Of a stretch of DNA of 64,000 bases, positions 30,837 to 42,250 are shown piece after piece; position 1 is the first letter of the stretch; each line of letters begins with the position of its first letter. The DNA is from an uncultured bacterium (GTDB lineage: Bacteria > Krumholzibacteriota > Krumholzibacteriia > JACNKJ01). The notes beneath the pieces were generated by a model. It did not search any database. It was not told the origin of the DNA and worked only from the letters and a program-made list of their open reading frames with translations. The position numbers and the translations under genes were made by a program. The DNA is taken from NCBI GenBank assembly GCA_963695095.1, contig CAVOFT010000001.1:3392001-3456000 (forward strand), read 5' to 3'.

Positions 30837-31937
30837 ATGCCCAGCACCGCCGCGCCATCAAGCCATGCCCGCCGACAGCTCGCGCTCAGGGGATGGAGCC
30901 TCCTCGCCACGCTTGCCATCCTGGGCGCCGCCGGTGCCGCCGGCGCCCAGCGCCTCTTCGTCGGCCTGGAGGGCTCGAGTCCGCCCACGAAGTCCACGGA
31001 TCTCGCCGGCTTCCCTGCGGTCGCCTGGGAGACGCTCTTCCCCTTCGACGTCAGCGGTGCGGCCGCCACTCCGGGCGGCGAGCTCTACGTCTGCAACGGC
31101 TCCTTCACCACCAACCTGTACCGCGCCACGCTGGACATGAGTCCGCCGCAGTATCTCTGCACCCTCTCCGTGGACATCCACGCCCTGGCCCACGACGGCA
31201 CCACGCTCTACGGCTATTCGAACTACGCGAGCCCGAAGGGCATCTACGCCATCGACACGGTCACCGGCCAGGCCACCCTGGTCCTGGATGTCTACACGGG
31301 CACGGGCTTCCTCTTCTTCGCGCTCGACTACAACCCCGCCGACGGCCTCTTCTACGGCTACACCGAGTACGGCGCCAGCGGACTCTACTCGATCGACCTG
31401 GACAGCGGCGCGATGCTGCGCGTGGTCGGGCCCATTCCCGCGGCCAATTCGCAGGGGCGGGGACTGGCCGTGGGCCAGAACACGGTCTACCTCACCGCGA
31501 CGCGCGGGGACGACGGCATTCCGCTCTACGCCTACGACCTGAGCCAGGGCGCCAACGGCCAGTGGGTCGGCTTCACGAACCCCTATCCGCAGTACCATTC
31601 GACGGGCGGAGCCGCGTGGATCCCGGCCCCCAGCGCGGCGCCGGAGATCGGCGTCCATGGTGCCCAGCCTCGCATCGACGGCATCTGGCCCAACCCGATG
31701 CGCGCCGGCGCGACGGTGGCCTTCTCGATCGAGCGCGCGGGGGCAGTCCGCCTGCGCGTCTACACGCCCGGCGGCCGCGCTCTGGGCGAGCTGCTGGATG
31801 GCGAGCGCGCCGCGGGGGCTCACGACTTCACCTGGGACGGCCGGATCGAGGGTCGGCCGCTGCCGGCCGGCGTCTATCTCCTGCGCCTGGAAACGGCGGC
31901 AGGCGCCTCGGCGCGGCGCCTGCTCGTTCTGCACTGA
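30837..31937 (+). CDS. Secreted beta-propeller-like protein with C-terminal FlgD-Ig/T9SS-like domain
   Basis: Signal peptide; C-terminus WPNP...LRVY...GR...TWDG...LPAGVYLLRL. Confidence 0.75.
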   Translation: MPSTAAPSSHARRQLALRGWSLLATLAILGAAGAAGAQRLFVGLEGSSPPTKSTDLAGFPAVAWETLFPFDVSGAAATPGGELYVCNGSFTTNLYRATLDMSPPQYLCTLSVDIHALAHDGTTLYGYSNYASPKGIYAIDTVTGQATLVLDVYTGTGFLFFALDYNPADGLFYGYTEYGASGLYSIDLDSGAMLRVVGPIPAANSQGRGLAVGQNTVYLTATRGDDGIPLYAYDLSQGANGQWVGFTNPYPQYHSTGGAAWIPAPSAAPEIGVHGAQPRIDGIWPNPMRAGATVAFSIERAGAVRLRVYTPGGRALGELLDGERAAGAHDFTWDGRIEGRPLPAGVYLLRLETAAGASARRLLVLH

Positions 31938-31993
31938 TCCGCGGGCGCCCGGCAGGCCGCCCGCCCGCGGGGGCGGAGCTCGGCGGGCGCGAT

Positions 31994-32461
31994 CTAGAGC
32001 TGGGGGAAGAGCGGCGAGGAGAGCGCGCGCAGTTCCGAGTGCCGGATGAGGCCGCCCTGGTGGGCTGTCCAGGCCAGCAGCCAGCTCAGGACGAGGGCCG
32101 CCGCGAGCAGGGTCCAGCGCAGCCAGGGGGCGGGCCGCTCGCCCTGGAGATGCTGCAGCAGGGCCAGCAGCGCGGCGAGGCCGACCAGCACCGTCCCCAT
32201 GAAGGCGCCCTTGCCCAGGGCGCCATGGGCTTCGGCGAGATCGCGCTCGACGCCCGGCGGCAGGGCGAGGCTCTCGTAGGCCGCCGGGCCGGAAAAGTAG
32301 GCGGCGGCAGCGGCGAGCGCCGCGAAGACGAGGAAGGCCGCGCCGGTCTGGAAGAGCGTTTCGCTCTTGGTCGGGCGCGCGAGAGCGAGCAGGACCACGG
32401 CGGCCGGGCAGGCCAGCACCGGCAGGTGCACGACGAGCAGGTGGAACTGAACCGCGCTCAC
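31994..32461 (-). CDS. Four-TM membrane protein (DUF2231-like)
   Basis: HLLVVHLP...H...TAHQGGLIRHSE; GTG overlaps the upstream stop. Confidence 0.65.
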   Translation of the reverse strand: MSAVQFHLLVVHLPVLACPAAVVLLALARPTKSETLFQTGAAFLVFAALAAAAAYFSGPAAYESLALPPGVERDLAEAHGALGKGAFMGTVLVGLAALLALLQHLQGERPAPWLRWTLLAAALVLSWLLAWTAHQGGLIRHSELRALSSPLFPQL

Positions 32462-33435
32462 CGCTTCCCGGTCCGGATGGCGTCGGCCGGGTCGACGCCC
32501 TGCTCGACGGCCTCGTAGTTCAGCTCGCTGCCGCCCATGCTGTGCGGGATCAGGTAGACCGCGCTCATCACGAGGGCGCCCAGCACCACCGCCGCCCGGG
32601 GGATCAGCTCCCGCCGCTTCGGCCGAAAGCCGATCACCGCGCAGGCGAAGACCCAGCTCAGCCACATGATGAGCATCTTGTTGTCAGTGAAGTCGCCGCC
32701 GAAGGGGAAGCCCGTCCAGTACTCGCCGAAGGCGTGCTTCTGGACGAGGGGACCCAGCACCATGCCGCCGATCGTCATGCCGACCAGGGCCAGCCAGGAA
32801 TAGCGGCGCATGCTGCTGGGCGCGACGATGGCGGCCAGGCCGGTGCGCATGCCGATGAGCACCGAGAAGAACATCATGAGGATGTGCGGGACGAGCACGC
32901 CGGCCGGGACATTGTCCTTGAAGCGGATCACGACGTTGCCGGCCTCGGCTTCCGGGATGCGCAGAGGTCCCTCGCCCGCGTCCAGCTCCACGTAGTACTC
33001 GAGCTTGCCGGCCGCGGGCTGGGCGGGCAGGCGGCCGATCAGGAAGGGCTGCTCGGCCGGCTTGCCCCGGCCGCGCAGGAGATCGGCGAAGAGCCGCAGC
33101 AGGCCGCGCCGCGGCCGGGCCATCTCGTGCGCGAGCGGCGCGGCCGTGAACGCGTCGGCGGTACGGTAGCGCTTCCAGAAGAGCGTGCCGCTGGCCTGCG
33201 GGCCAGGATCGGGCAGCATCACCTGCGCGGTCGGGTTGGTCTTCACGGAGGTATCGCTGCGGATCAGCGAGTAGCCGTAGCCCTGGCCGCTCGCGATGAA
33301 GTTGCCCCGGCGCGGATAGGTGGGTCCCGTGCTCCGCTGGTAGGCCACGGCCCCGAGCATGAGCGCCAGGGCGATCACCCAGAGGAGAAGGCGCAACCAG
33401 AGCGGTTCCGTGCGATAGAACTGCGAAGCGGACAT
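32458..33435 (-). CDS. Conserved hypothetical membrane protein
   Basis: YQRSTGPTYP, AGKLEY, several TM helices, WTGFPFGGDFTDNK, IPHS. Confidence 0.7.
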   Translation of the reverse strand: MSASQFYRTEPLWLRLLLWVIALALMLGAVAYQRSTGPTYPRRGNFIASGQGYGYSLIRSDTSVKTNPTAQVMLPDPGPQASGTLFWKRYRTADAFTAAPLAHEMARPRRGLLRLFADLLRGRGKPAEQPFLIGRLPAQPAAGKLEYYVELDAGEGPLRIPEAEAGNVVIRFKDNVPAGVLVPHILMMFFSVLIGMRTGLAAIVAPSSMRRYSWLALVGMTIGGMVLGPLVQKHAFGEYWTGFPFGGDFTDNKMLIMWLSWVFACAVIGFRPKRRELIPRAAVVLGALVMSAVYLIPHSMGGSELNYEAVEQGVDPADAIRTGKR

Positions 33436-33532
33436 GCCGACCTGCCTGGGCTGAGGGGGGGCCGCGGGGCGGTGCCGGGCATCCTAGCCGCTGGCTGGGC
33501 CGACCGCAAGGCCCGGCCGCCGGGTCCGGTGC

Positions 33533-34234
33533 CTACCAGGGGTTGGTTGCGAAGACGGAGAACTCTGGAATGAAGCCGCGATCGTCGATCTCCAGGGCGC
33601 CGACGACGGCATCGGCGATCTCCTGCGGGCGCAGCTTCTTGTCGCTCAGCTCCTGGCTGCGCCCGAGCTTGGCGAAGAAGGCCGTCTGCACTTCGCTCGG
33701 ATTGACCTGCGTGACGCGGATGTTGTAGGTCCTCAGCTCCGCGCGCCAGCTCTCGCTCATGCCGCGCAGGGCGAACTTCGATCCCGAGTAGGCCGTGGCG
33801 AACTTGCCGCCGGCGAGCCCCGAGGTCGAACCGATGTTGACGATGTGCCCCCGCTCCTGGTCGATGAAGTGCCGCGCCGCCTCGCGCGCCATCAGCATGG
33901 CACCGGTCACGTTCGTGCGGAAGACGGCCTCGAACTTCTCGGTGGTCATGTCCACCAGCGAGAGGAAGTGCCCGAAGCCCGCGTTGTTGACGAGGATGTC
34001 CAGCCCACCCAGCCCCTCGATGGCGGCCGCGGTGACGCGCACGGCGTCCGCTTCGACGCCGACGTCGCCCGGCAGGCCGAGCACGCCCAGGGACTCCGCC
34101 GCCGCCTGCAGCTTCTTGTCGCTGCGGCCCATGATCGCCACCTGGGCGCCTTTGGCGACCAGGGCCTCGGCGATCGCATAGCCGATTCCTTCGCTGCCCC
34201 CGGTGACCAGGGCGCGCGCATCCTTCAGGTTCAT
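33533..34234 (-). CDS. Short-chain dehydrogenase/reductase
   Basis: TGGSEGIG, NNAG, YSGSK. Confidence 0.9.
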   Translation of the reverse strand: MNLKDARALVTGGSEGIGYAIAEALVAKGAQVAIMGRSDKKLQAAAESLGVLGLPGDVGVEADAVRVTAAAIEGLGGLDILVNNAGFGHFLSLVDMTTEKFEAVFRTNVTGAMLMAREAARHFIDQERGHIVNIGSTSGLAGGKFATAYSGSKFALRGMSESWRAELRTYNIRVTQVNPSEVQTAFFAKLGRSQELSDKKLRPQEIADAVVGALEIDDRGFIPEFSVFATNPW

Positions 34235-34263
34235 GGCTTCCTCTCAGGGTTCGGGGGCGCTCG

Positions 34264-36405
34264 CTACCGGACGAGCACGAGCTTGCGCAGGGCCAGCGTT
34301 CGTCCCCCCGCGCTCAGGCGCGCCAGGTAGAGGCCCGAGGCCAGGGGCCGGCCGGCGGCGTCCCGGGCCGTCCAGTCGGCGCGCTGCTCGCCCGCTGCCT
34401 GCCGACCCGCCCTCAGTGTTGACTGAAGGCGGCCGCGGATGTCCAGGATTTCCAGCCGCACGATGGCGCTTTCGGCCAGGTGGTAAACCAGGGTCGCGTG
34501 TCCGTTGACCGGATTCGGATAGGCCGCCAGGCCGAACCTGCCCGGCGGCGCGGTCGCTACGGCGGTCAGGCTCCCATCGCCCTCATAGCAGCCCAGGTCG
34601 AGCCGGCCGCCGATCAGGCGCGGGCGGCCGGCGAGATCCAGTAGAGGCAGCGCGAGCCCCGTGGTGTCGGGCGGTCCCGCATCCACGCAGGGCGAACCGG
34701 GCCCCAGCGCCCAGGGATGCTCGCCCTCGCCAAGAACCCAGGGATCGGCGCTGAAGTTGCCCTCGCCGCCGTGGGCGGTCTGGATGTCGTTGTAGCGCAC
34801 GTAGAAGGGCTTCGTGTTGATCAGCGCCGTCGCTTCGAAGTAGTTGAAGCTGTTCGCCCAGACCAGGCAGCCCGTGAGCTGGGGGCGGGCGATCATCGCC
34901 ACCAGCGTCGCGGCGCGATCGACGATCTGGGGATTGTGGTCCACGTTGGCCACCACCGTCGAGGCCACGAGGCGCGGCATCGCCTCCAGGCAATAGAGCG
35001 CGCCCCCCGCCACGAAGGCGTGATTCGCTTCGAGCAGGCAGCCGACCACCTGCGGCTGGGCGTAGTGCGAGCAGTAGAGCGCGCCGCCGTAGTCCGCCGC
35101 GTTCTCGCGCAGGATGCAGTTCTCCACTCGATGATCGCCGCCGCCGGCAAAGCTCAGCGCGCCGCCGGGAGCGCCGGGGCCCAGACCCTTCGCGTGCTCG
35201 ATGACGCAATAGGCAAGCTGCGAGGGGCCCTGATCGGCCGGCGGAAAGGGAAAACGCAGGCCGGCCCAGGCGCCGGCCGTGCTGGAGTCCGGCGCGAAGC
35301 GCCAGGGCTGGGCGCTGTCGAAGTGGATGCGCCGGGCGGGCTCGCCCTGGGCAAGGAGCCGCCCCAGCACCGTGAGCGCGTGGAAGCCCGCGAATTCCAC
35401 GCGCACGCCGGGCATCACGCGCAGGGTGGCGCCCGCGGGCACGAGGACCTCGGCCGTCACGCGCACGGTGTCGGCATCCCAGACCGTCTCGCTCCTCACC
35501 GGAAGCGCTCCGCCCACGCAGACGAGACCCGGGCGCCCTGCGGCCGGCGCCGGATGCGCAGCCGGCGGTACCGGAGCGCCGGGCTGCGGGCCGGGGAAGC
35601 TCAGGCAGCCATAGCCCGCCGCGGGCGAGCCCGGCTGCAGGCGGAAGTCGCCGTGCTCGGGATCGACGAGCAGGGGATCCGTGCCGATGCGATTGTCGTG
35701 GGGCGCTTGCCCGGCAGCCTGCCAGGCGTAAGGCTCGAATCAGCCGTACTCTCACAGAAAGCCGAAATGCAGCAGCGGATCGCCGTTCTCTCGCGGATTG
35801 CTGCGAAAGCTCCAGTTCTCGTGCACCGTGGCGGTCCCCGCCAGGCTGAGCGCGACGTTCAAACCGGTCTGCAGCCACTCCATCGGATAGCCGTTGTCGA
35901 AGACCCAATCGGGGCCGGTCGCCAGCGCGTCGACGATGAGGTTGCGCTCGACGAGCAGCCCGTCACCCGTGCGCTGCAGGCGCAGGGCATAGTCGTGGGG
36001 CCGATAGAAGGTCACCTGCCGCACGGAGCCGCGCGGCTGGCGGTCCACCTCGTAATCGAGGCCCCGATAGCGCAGGGAGCCGCCGATGATCACGCAATCC
36101 TCGACGTCCAGGCGGTTCGGGCAGTAGGAGATGCTGAGCTGGCTGCCGGCCAGGTCCAGCACGGCGCCATTGCCCAGGATCTTCACGTCCAGGCCCGCCT
36201 CGCCGGAGTAGCTCGTGCTCTCGGGGATCAGGATCGGTCCGATCTGCAGGCCGCCCGTGTAAACGACCCCGGGCTCCAGGATGAGCAGCTTGTCGTAGCC
36301 TGCGCCCGGTGACGCGGCGTCGAAGGCGGCGCGCAGGGTGCCGGCGGCGGCAGTGGCGGCCGCGCCCAGGAGGAGGGCAAGGCTGAACGCGAGCAGGCGA
36401 GTCAT
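34264..36405 (-). CDS. Secreted right-handed beta-helix protein with FlgD-Ig-like C-terminal domain; candidate selenoprotein with two in-frame UGA codons (35752-35754, 35740-35742)
   Basis: ATG 36405 with signal peptide; frame continues L*EYG*FEPY...DPLLVDPEHGDFRLQPGSPA...VGGALP into the 34264..35517 ORF; SECIS-like hairpin follows. Confidence 0.7.
35706..35732 (-). promoter_or_regulatory. Candidate bacterial SECIS hairpin
   Basis: CTT-AC-GCCTGGCA-GGC-TGCCGGGC-AAG: 8-bp upper stem (one G-U pair), G-initiated loop 20 nt after the 2nd UGA and 32 nt after the 1st. Confidence 0.6.
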
Positions 36406-36571
36406 GGGGCCTCGGGCGCTGCGGTGAGGTTCGAGTATATCACGCTGCCCGGCCGGTGGCGACATGGGGAGGGCCTGGCCCGCGGCGGGAAGCGCTGGGG
36501 CATCGACAGCCGGCGGGCGAGCCGCTATGCTCCCGCCTTCCCTTGCCCGGCGCCCTGCGGAGATCCTGCGC

Positions 36572-37453
36572 GTGAAACTGAAAGCCGACCTGCTACTGCT
36601 CCTGGCCGCCGCCATCTGGGGCTTCGCCTTCGTCGCCCAGCGCGCCGGCATGGCGCACCTGGGCCCGCTCACCTTCAACGCGCTGCGCTTCGGCCTGGGC
36701 GCGGCGGTGCTCGCGCCCTTCCTCGTCGGCGCCCGCCGCCACGGCTTCCTGGCCGCGCTGCCGGGCGGGGCCCAGGCCGGCCTCGCCCTCTTCATCGGCG
36801 CCTCGCTGCAGCAGTGGGGCCTGGTGCACACGAGCGCGGGCAAGGCGGGCTTCATCACCGGGCTCTACGTGATCATCGTGCCCGTGCTCGGCATCCTCGA
36901 GGGTCGGCGCACGGGCTGGGGCACCTGGCTGGGGGCGCTCTGCGCGATCGCCGGGCTCTACCTGCTCAGCGTCCGCAGCGACCGGCGCATGGACTACGGG
37001 GAGATGATGGTGACGGCCGGGGCGCTGCTGTGGGCGATCCACGTGCTCATCATCGCCCGCTGGACGCCGCGCCACGACGCCCTGACCCTCGCCGGCCAGC
37101 AGTTCGCCGTCGTCGCCCTGCTCAGCGCCGCCGCCGCCCTGCTCAGGGAGCGCGGCGCTCACTTCGATCTGGCGGGCGCGGCCCTGCCCGTCCTCTACGC
37201 GGGCCTGCTCTCGACGGCCATCGCCTTCACGCTCCAGGTCGTCGCCCAGCGCCAGGCGCCGCCCGCGCACGCGGCCCTGCTGCTCAGCCTCGAGGCTGTC
37301 TTCGCTGCCCTCGGCGGCTGGTGGCTGCTCGGCGAGACGCTCTCCCGCCGCGGCCTGGCCGGCTGCGCGCTGATGCTCGCGGGCATGCTGGCCTCGCAGC
37401 TGCTGGGTCGGCCCCGGCGCGCCCGGACGGAAATGGCGCGGGGCGCGCCCTGA
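36572..37453 (+). CDS. DMT/EamA family transporter
   Basis: IWGFAFVAQ, TSAGKAGFITGLY, LLSLEAVFAALGG. Confidence 0.9.
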   Translation: MKLKADLLLLLAAAIWGFAFVAQRAGMAHLGPLTFNALRFGLGAAVLAPFLVGARRHGFLAALPGGAQAGLALFIGASLQQWGLVHTSAGKAGFITGLYVIIVPVLGILEGRRTGWGTWLGALCAIAGLYLLSVRSDRRMDYGEMMVTAGALLWAIHVLIIARWTPRHDALTLAGQQFAVVALLSAAAALLRERGAHFDLAGAALPVLYAGLLSTAIAFTLQVVAQRQAPPAHAALLLSLEAVFAALGGWWLLGETLSRRGLAGCALMLAGMLASQLLGRPRRARTEMARGAP

Positions 37454-37486
37454 GGACGCGCCCCGTCGCCGCGGCCGCCGCACGGC

Positions 37487-38527
37487 CTAGAAGAGTCGAT
37501 AGTTGAAGCCCAGCGACAGGGTCTGCTTGAACTGCCCCGCCTTGCGCACGGCGGCGCCGACGGCGCCCGCGTTGAGCAATTCGCCCCCCTCGCCCAGCTC
37601 GGGCTTCACGCTGTTGTCGTACTTGTCGTAGGCCCAGCGCAGGTAGAGGTTCACGACGATGTGCTTGGTGATCGCCGCCGTGAAGATGTTCTCCCAGTCG
37701 ATGTCCAGCGCGGTGCTGAAGTCGGCGAGATCGGGATCCAGGCCGGCAAGGGCAAGGTCGGCATCCGTCAGGTCGCTCTTACCCGAGAAGAAGAGGGGCT
37801 GGTAGAAGCCGAGCTTGGCCGTCCAGGCCACCCTGTCCTCCAGGATGCGCGTCTTGTAGTCGGTGATCAGCTCCAGGCCGCCGTCGGTGGTGCCGTCGGC
37901 GCTGGTCGCGTCGTCGAGGCCGTCGCTGGCATCCGTGTCCGTGTAGACGCTGCGGCGGCTCTGGCGCAGCGTGAAGCCCAGGCGGCTGAGCAGGCTGCGC
38001 TCCTCCTCGTTGATGAACTGGCGGGCGACACCCGCCGACTCCTTGAACTGCAGCGGATTGAGAAAGAGGCTGCGGCCGTGGGCGTCGCTCGCGTCCAGGA
38101 ACTGGCTCTCCATCCGCCCGGAGACGAAGGGATCGACGTAGCCGCCCAGCGTGAATCGCAGTGTGCTTTCCAGGTCGACGAGGTCCGTGGACTTCTCGGG
38201 CTTGTCCCAGTTGCGCTCGCCGGGCTGACCGCTCTGCTGATGCGTCTCGCCGAAGGCGAGCTTGAGCTGGCTCAGCCAGTTGACCTTCGGGCTCATCTGG
38301 CTCTCGAGGGCGCCGTTGAAGTTCCCGGTCCAGATCAGCGAGCCCTTGTCGCCGCCGCGCCAGTTGTCGCTGTAGGCGCTCTGCGTGACATTGAGGCCGA
38401 TCTCCGCGGACTTGTAGACCTTGCCCAGCTCGAGCACCCGCTCCTTGCCTTCCGCAGCGAGGGCGCTCGACGCCGCCAGCAGCAGCGCGAGCGCGGCAGT
38501 CCCCCGACCAGTGATGATCCTGCGCAT
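37487..38527 (-). CDS. Outer-membrane beta-barrel protein (DUF3078-like)
   Basis: Signal peptide, [11 protein letters not shown]-terminal [15 protein letters not shown]. Confidence 0.7.
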   Translation of the reverse strand: MRRIITGRGTAALALLLAASSALAAEGKERVLELGKVYKSAEIGLNVTQSAYSDNWRGGDKGSLIWTGNFNGALESQMSPKVNWLSQLKLAFGETHQQSGQPGERNWDKPEKSTDLVDLESTLRFTLGGYVDPFVSGRMESQFLDASDAHGRSLFLNPLQFKESAGVARQFINEEERSLLSRLGFTLRQSRRSVYTDTDASDGLDDATSADGTTDGGLELITDYKTRILEDRVAWTAKLGFYQPLFFSGKSDLTDADLALAGLDPDLADFSTALDIDWENIFTAAITKHIVVNLYLRWAYDKYDNSVKPELGEGGELLNAGAVGAAVRKAGQFKQTLSLGFNYRLF

Positions 38528-38778
38528 TGTCGTCCTCCTTGGTCCACTGCCCCGCCGCCCAGCATCCCGAGGCAAGCCGCAATCCGCGGCCGTCTTGTTT
38601 CTATGATGAAAACACCGGCCCCAGCGCCGCCGGTCGGGTCAATCTAGGCCCGAGACTCGGCCTGTCAAGGTCAGCCCGGCGGCGATGGTTGCTTTCCGGC
38701 TGCAGACTGCGTAGACTCCCGCCCGCTTTGCGGGTGACTATTACTTTCGAGCGATTGCAATCCCGAGGAGGGAGCCGA

Positions 38779-39177
38779 ATGAGCATGATGAGCGAGTTCA
38801 AGGCCTTCGCGATGAAGGGCAACGTGATGGACATGGCGGTGGGCATCATCATCGGCGGCGCCTTCGGCAAGATCGTCGCCTCCTTCGTCAGGGACGTGTT
38901 GATGCCCCCCATCGGCATGATGCTGGGCGGGGTCGACTTCACGAAGCTCGCCTTCACCATGAAGGCGGCCACCGCCGAGGTGCCGGCGGTGACGCTCAAC
39001 TACGGTACCTTCATTCAGGCGGTCGTCGACTTCCTCATCATCGCCTTCGCGGTCTTCATGATGGTCAAGCAGATGAACCGCTTGAAGAAGCAGGAGGAGG
39101 CCGCTCCGGCAGCGCCGCCCGCGCCCTCCAACGAAGAGGTCCTGCTCACGCAGATTCGCGACTTGCTGAAGAAGTAA
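38779..39177 (+). CDS. mscL: Large-conductance mechanosensitive channel
   Basis: [28 protein letters not shown]...LLTQIRDLL. Confidence 0.97.
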   Translation: MSMMSEFKAFAMKGNVMDMAVGIIIGGAFGKIVASFVRDVLMPPIGMMLGGVDFTKLAFTMKAATAEVPAVTLNYGTFIQAVVDFLIIAFAVFMMVKQMNRLKKQEEAAPAAPPAPSNEEVLLTQIRDLLKK

Positions 39178-39274
39178 CGGAGCCCACGGCCCGGCCGCCC
39201 CTGCTCCGGAGGGCTAGGCTTGCGCTGCGGTTTCTGGTATAACTCCCCTGATCCTGAGTGGAGGGAGGAGACCG

Positions 39275-40780
<1,506 letters not shown>

Positions 40781-40864
40781 GCGGCTCTTCAGCCGCGGCG
40801 ACGGGGGATGGCCGCCGGGGCCTTTCGCCGGCCAGGCACTTGCCGAGGGACCAGCCGCCGCCCC

Positions 40865-41248
40865 CTAGTTCAAGCTGTGGGGGGTGGCCAGGGTGAAGAC
40901 GGGAATCGACGCCTCGAACTCGCTGCCGTCGTCCCGCTGCATCAGGTAGCTGCCGCGCATCGAACCCAGCGGGGTCGGCAGCGGGCAGAAGCTGCTGTAG
41001 CTGAAGGACTCGTTCGGCTCCAGCCGCGGCTGCTCGCCGACCACGCCGGCGCCGCGCACTTCCTGCACGCGGCCGGCCGCATCCGTGATGACCCAGTGCC
41101 GAGCGATGAGTCGCGCCGCGGCGTCGCCGCTATTGTGAATGCGGATGCGGTAGGCGAAGAAGTAGTAGCCCTCCTCGGGCGCCGAGCGCTCGGGCAGGTA
41201 GACGCCCTCGGCTTCCACCCGGATGCCGCCATCGTCGCGGACACTCAT
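40865..41248 (-). CDS. apaG: ApaG protein
   Basis: YFFAYRIRI.N, LIARHWVITD, GAGVVGEQP, GSMRGSY. Confidence 0.95.
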   Translation of the reverse strand: MSVRDDGGIRVEAEGVYLPERSAPEEGYYFFAYRIRIHNSGDAAARLIARHWVITDAAGRVQEVRGAGVVGEQPRLEPNESFSYSSFCPLPTPLGSMRGSYLMQRDDGSEFEASIPVFTLATPHSLN

Positions 41249-41453
41249 GCCGACCTCCTCGCTCCTTGGCTCCGCCACGCCCCGGTCCCGGGGGCGCGCC
41301 GATCCGGGCGCGGGCGACCTCGCGGGGGCGCAGGCGCCCCACCGCTTTCTCGCCCTTCCCGATCGGGGCTCGGATTGGAATGCCCCTTGCTGTGCCCCGA
41401 CCGGCGCCGCCAGCGGCGACGCCCAACCGATTCCATCAAACGGAGGATGGTCG

Positions 41454-42122
41454 ATGTCTCCCACTAAGCGCAATGCCGGTTTCACCTTGATCGAGGTCAT
41501 CATCGCCGTGGCCCTGGTCGCCATCATGGCCGTGGCCATCGCGCCGCCGCTGGTCCAGAACATCAAGCAGGGCAAGATCACTCGCGCCCAGAGCGATGTT
41601 CAGGCCATCAGCACCGCGATCCTGAGCTTCTACAAGGACGTCGGCGACTGGCCGACCACCTCGCCCACTGGCGGTGCCCTCAACCGCCTGGTCGGCAACT
41701 ATGCCCTGGGCGGCGGCAACAATGGCATCCCGGCTGGCTCGAATGCGGTCACCGGCGCGGGCCGCTGGCGGAATTATGGCCAGGCAGGCACGCTGACCGA
41801 GTACCTCATTCGCAACCAGGCCGCCGGCAATGCCGAGCTCTACCGCATCAGCCGCAATCCCATGAGCACTCCCGGCTGGAACGGGCCCTACCTCTCGGAG
41901 GTCACCCTGGACCCCTGGGGCAGTCCCTACTGCGTGAACGTCCGCTACGGGCAGGCCGCGCTCTCGGGCACGGCCACCGCGAACTACGACATGCACAATT
42001 TGATCATCGTCTCGGCGGGGCCGAACAAGATCTTCGAAACGGCCTTCGACGACAACGTCTTCGACGAGCAGGCCGGCGGCGACGACATCGCCTACATCAT
42101 CCAGCGCGCCAGCCGCTACTAG
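41454..42122 (+). CDS. Type II secretion major pseudopilin (GspG-like)
   Basis: Class III signal G|FTLIEV, WNGPYL, DPWGSPY, SAGPN, DDI. Confidence 0.85.
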   Translation: MSPTKRNAGFTLIEVIIAVALVAIMAVAIAPPLVQNIKQGKITRAQSDVQAISTAILSFYKDVGDWPTTSPTGGALNRLVGNYALGGGNNGIPAGSNAVTGAGRWRNYGQAGTLTEYLIRNQAAGNAELYRISRNPMSTPGWNGPYLSEVTLDPWGSPYCVNVRYGQAALSGTATANYDMHNLIIVSAGPNKIFETAFDDNVFDEQAGGDDIAYIIQRASRY

Positions 42123-42250
42123 GCAGCAAGCGAGCGACCTCCTCCCTCCGCCCGCCCCGGCGCCTACGCGCCGGGGCTCAGGCGGATCGAGGGCAGCCCG
42201 CTCGCGGCGGTGCCGCCGTCGTCGCGAGCGAACGCAGGCAGGGAGTAGCG

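Noticed and set aside
35740..35754. Genome-wide TGA reassignment to Trp/Gly
   Set aside because: Many conserved genes here (glnS, GspE, GspF, PduO) terminate at TGA, often with ATGA/GTGA coupling.
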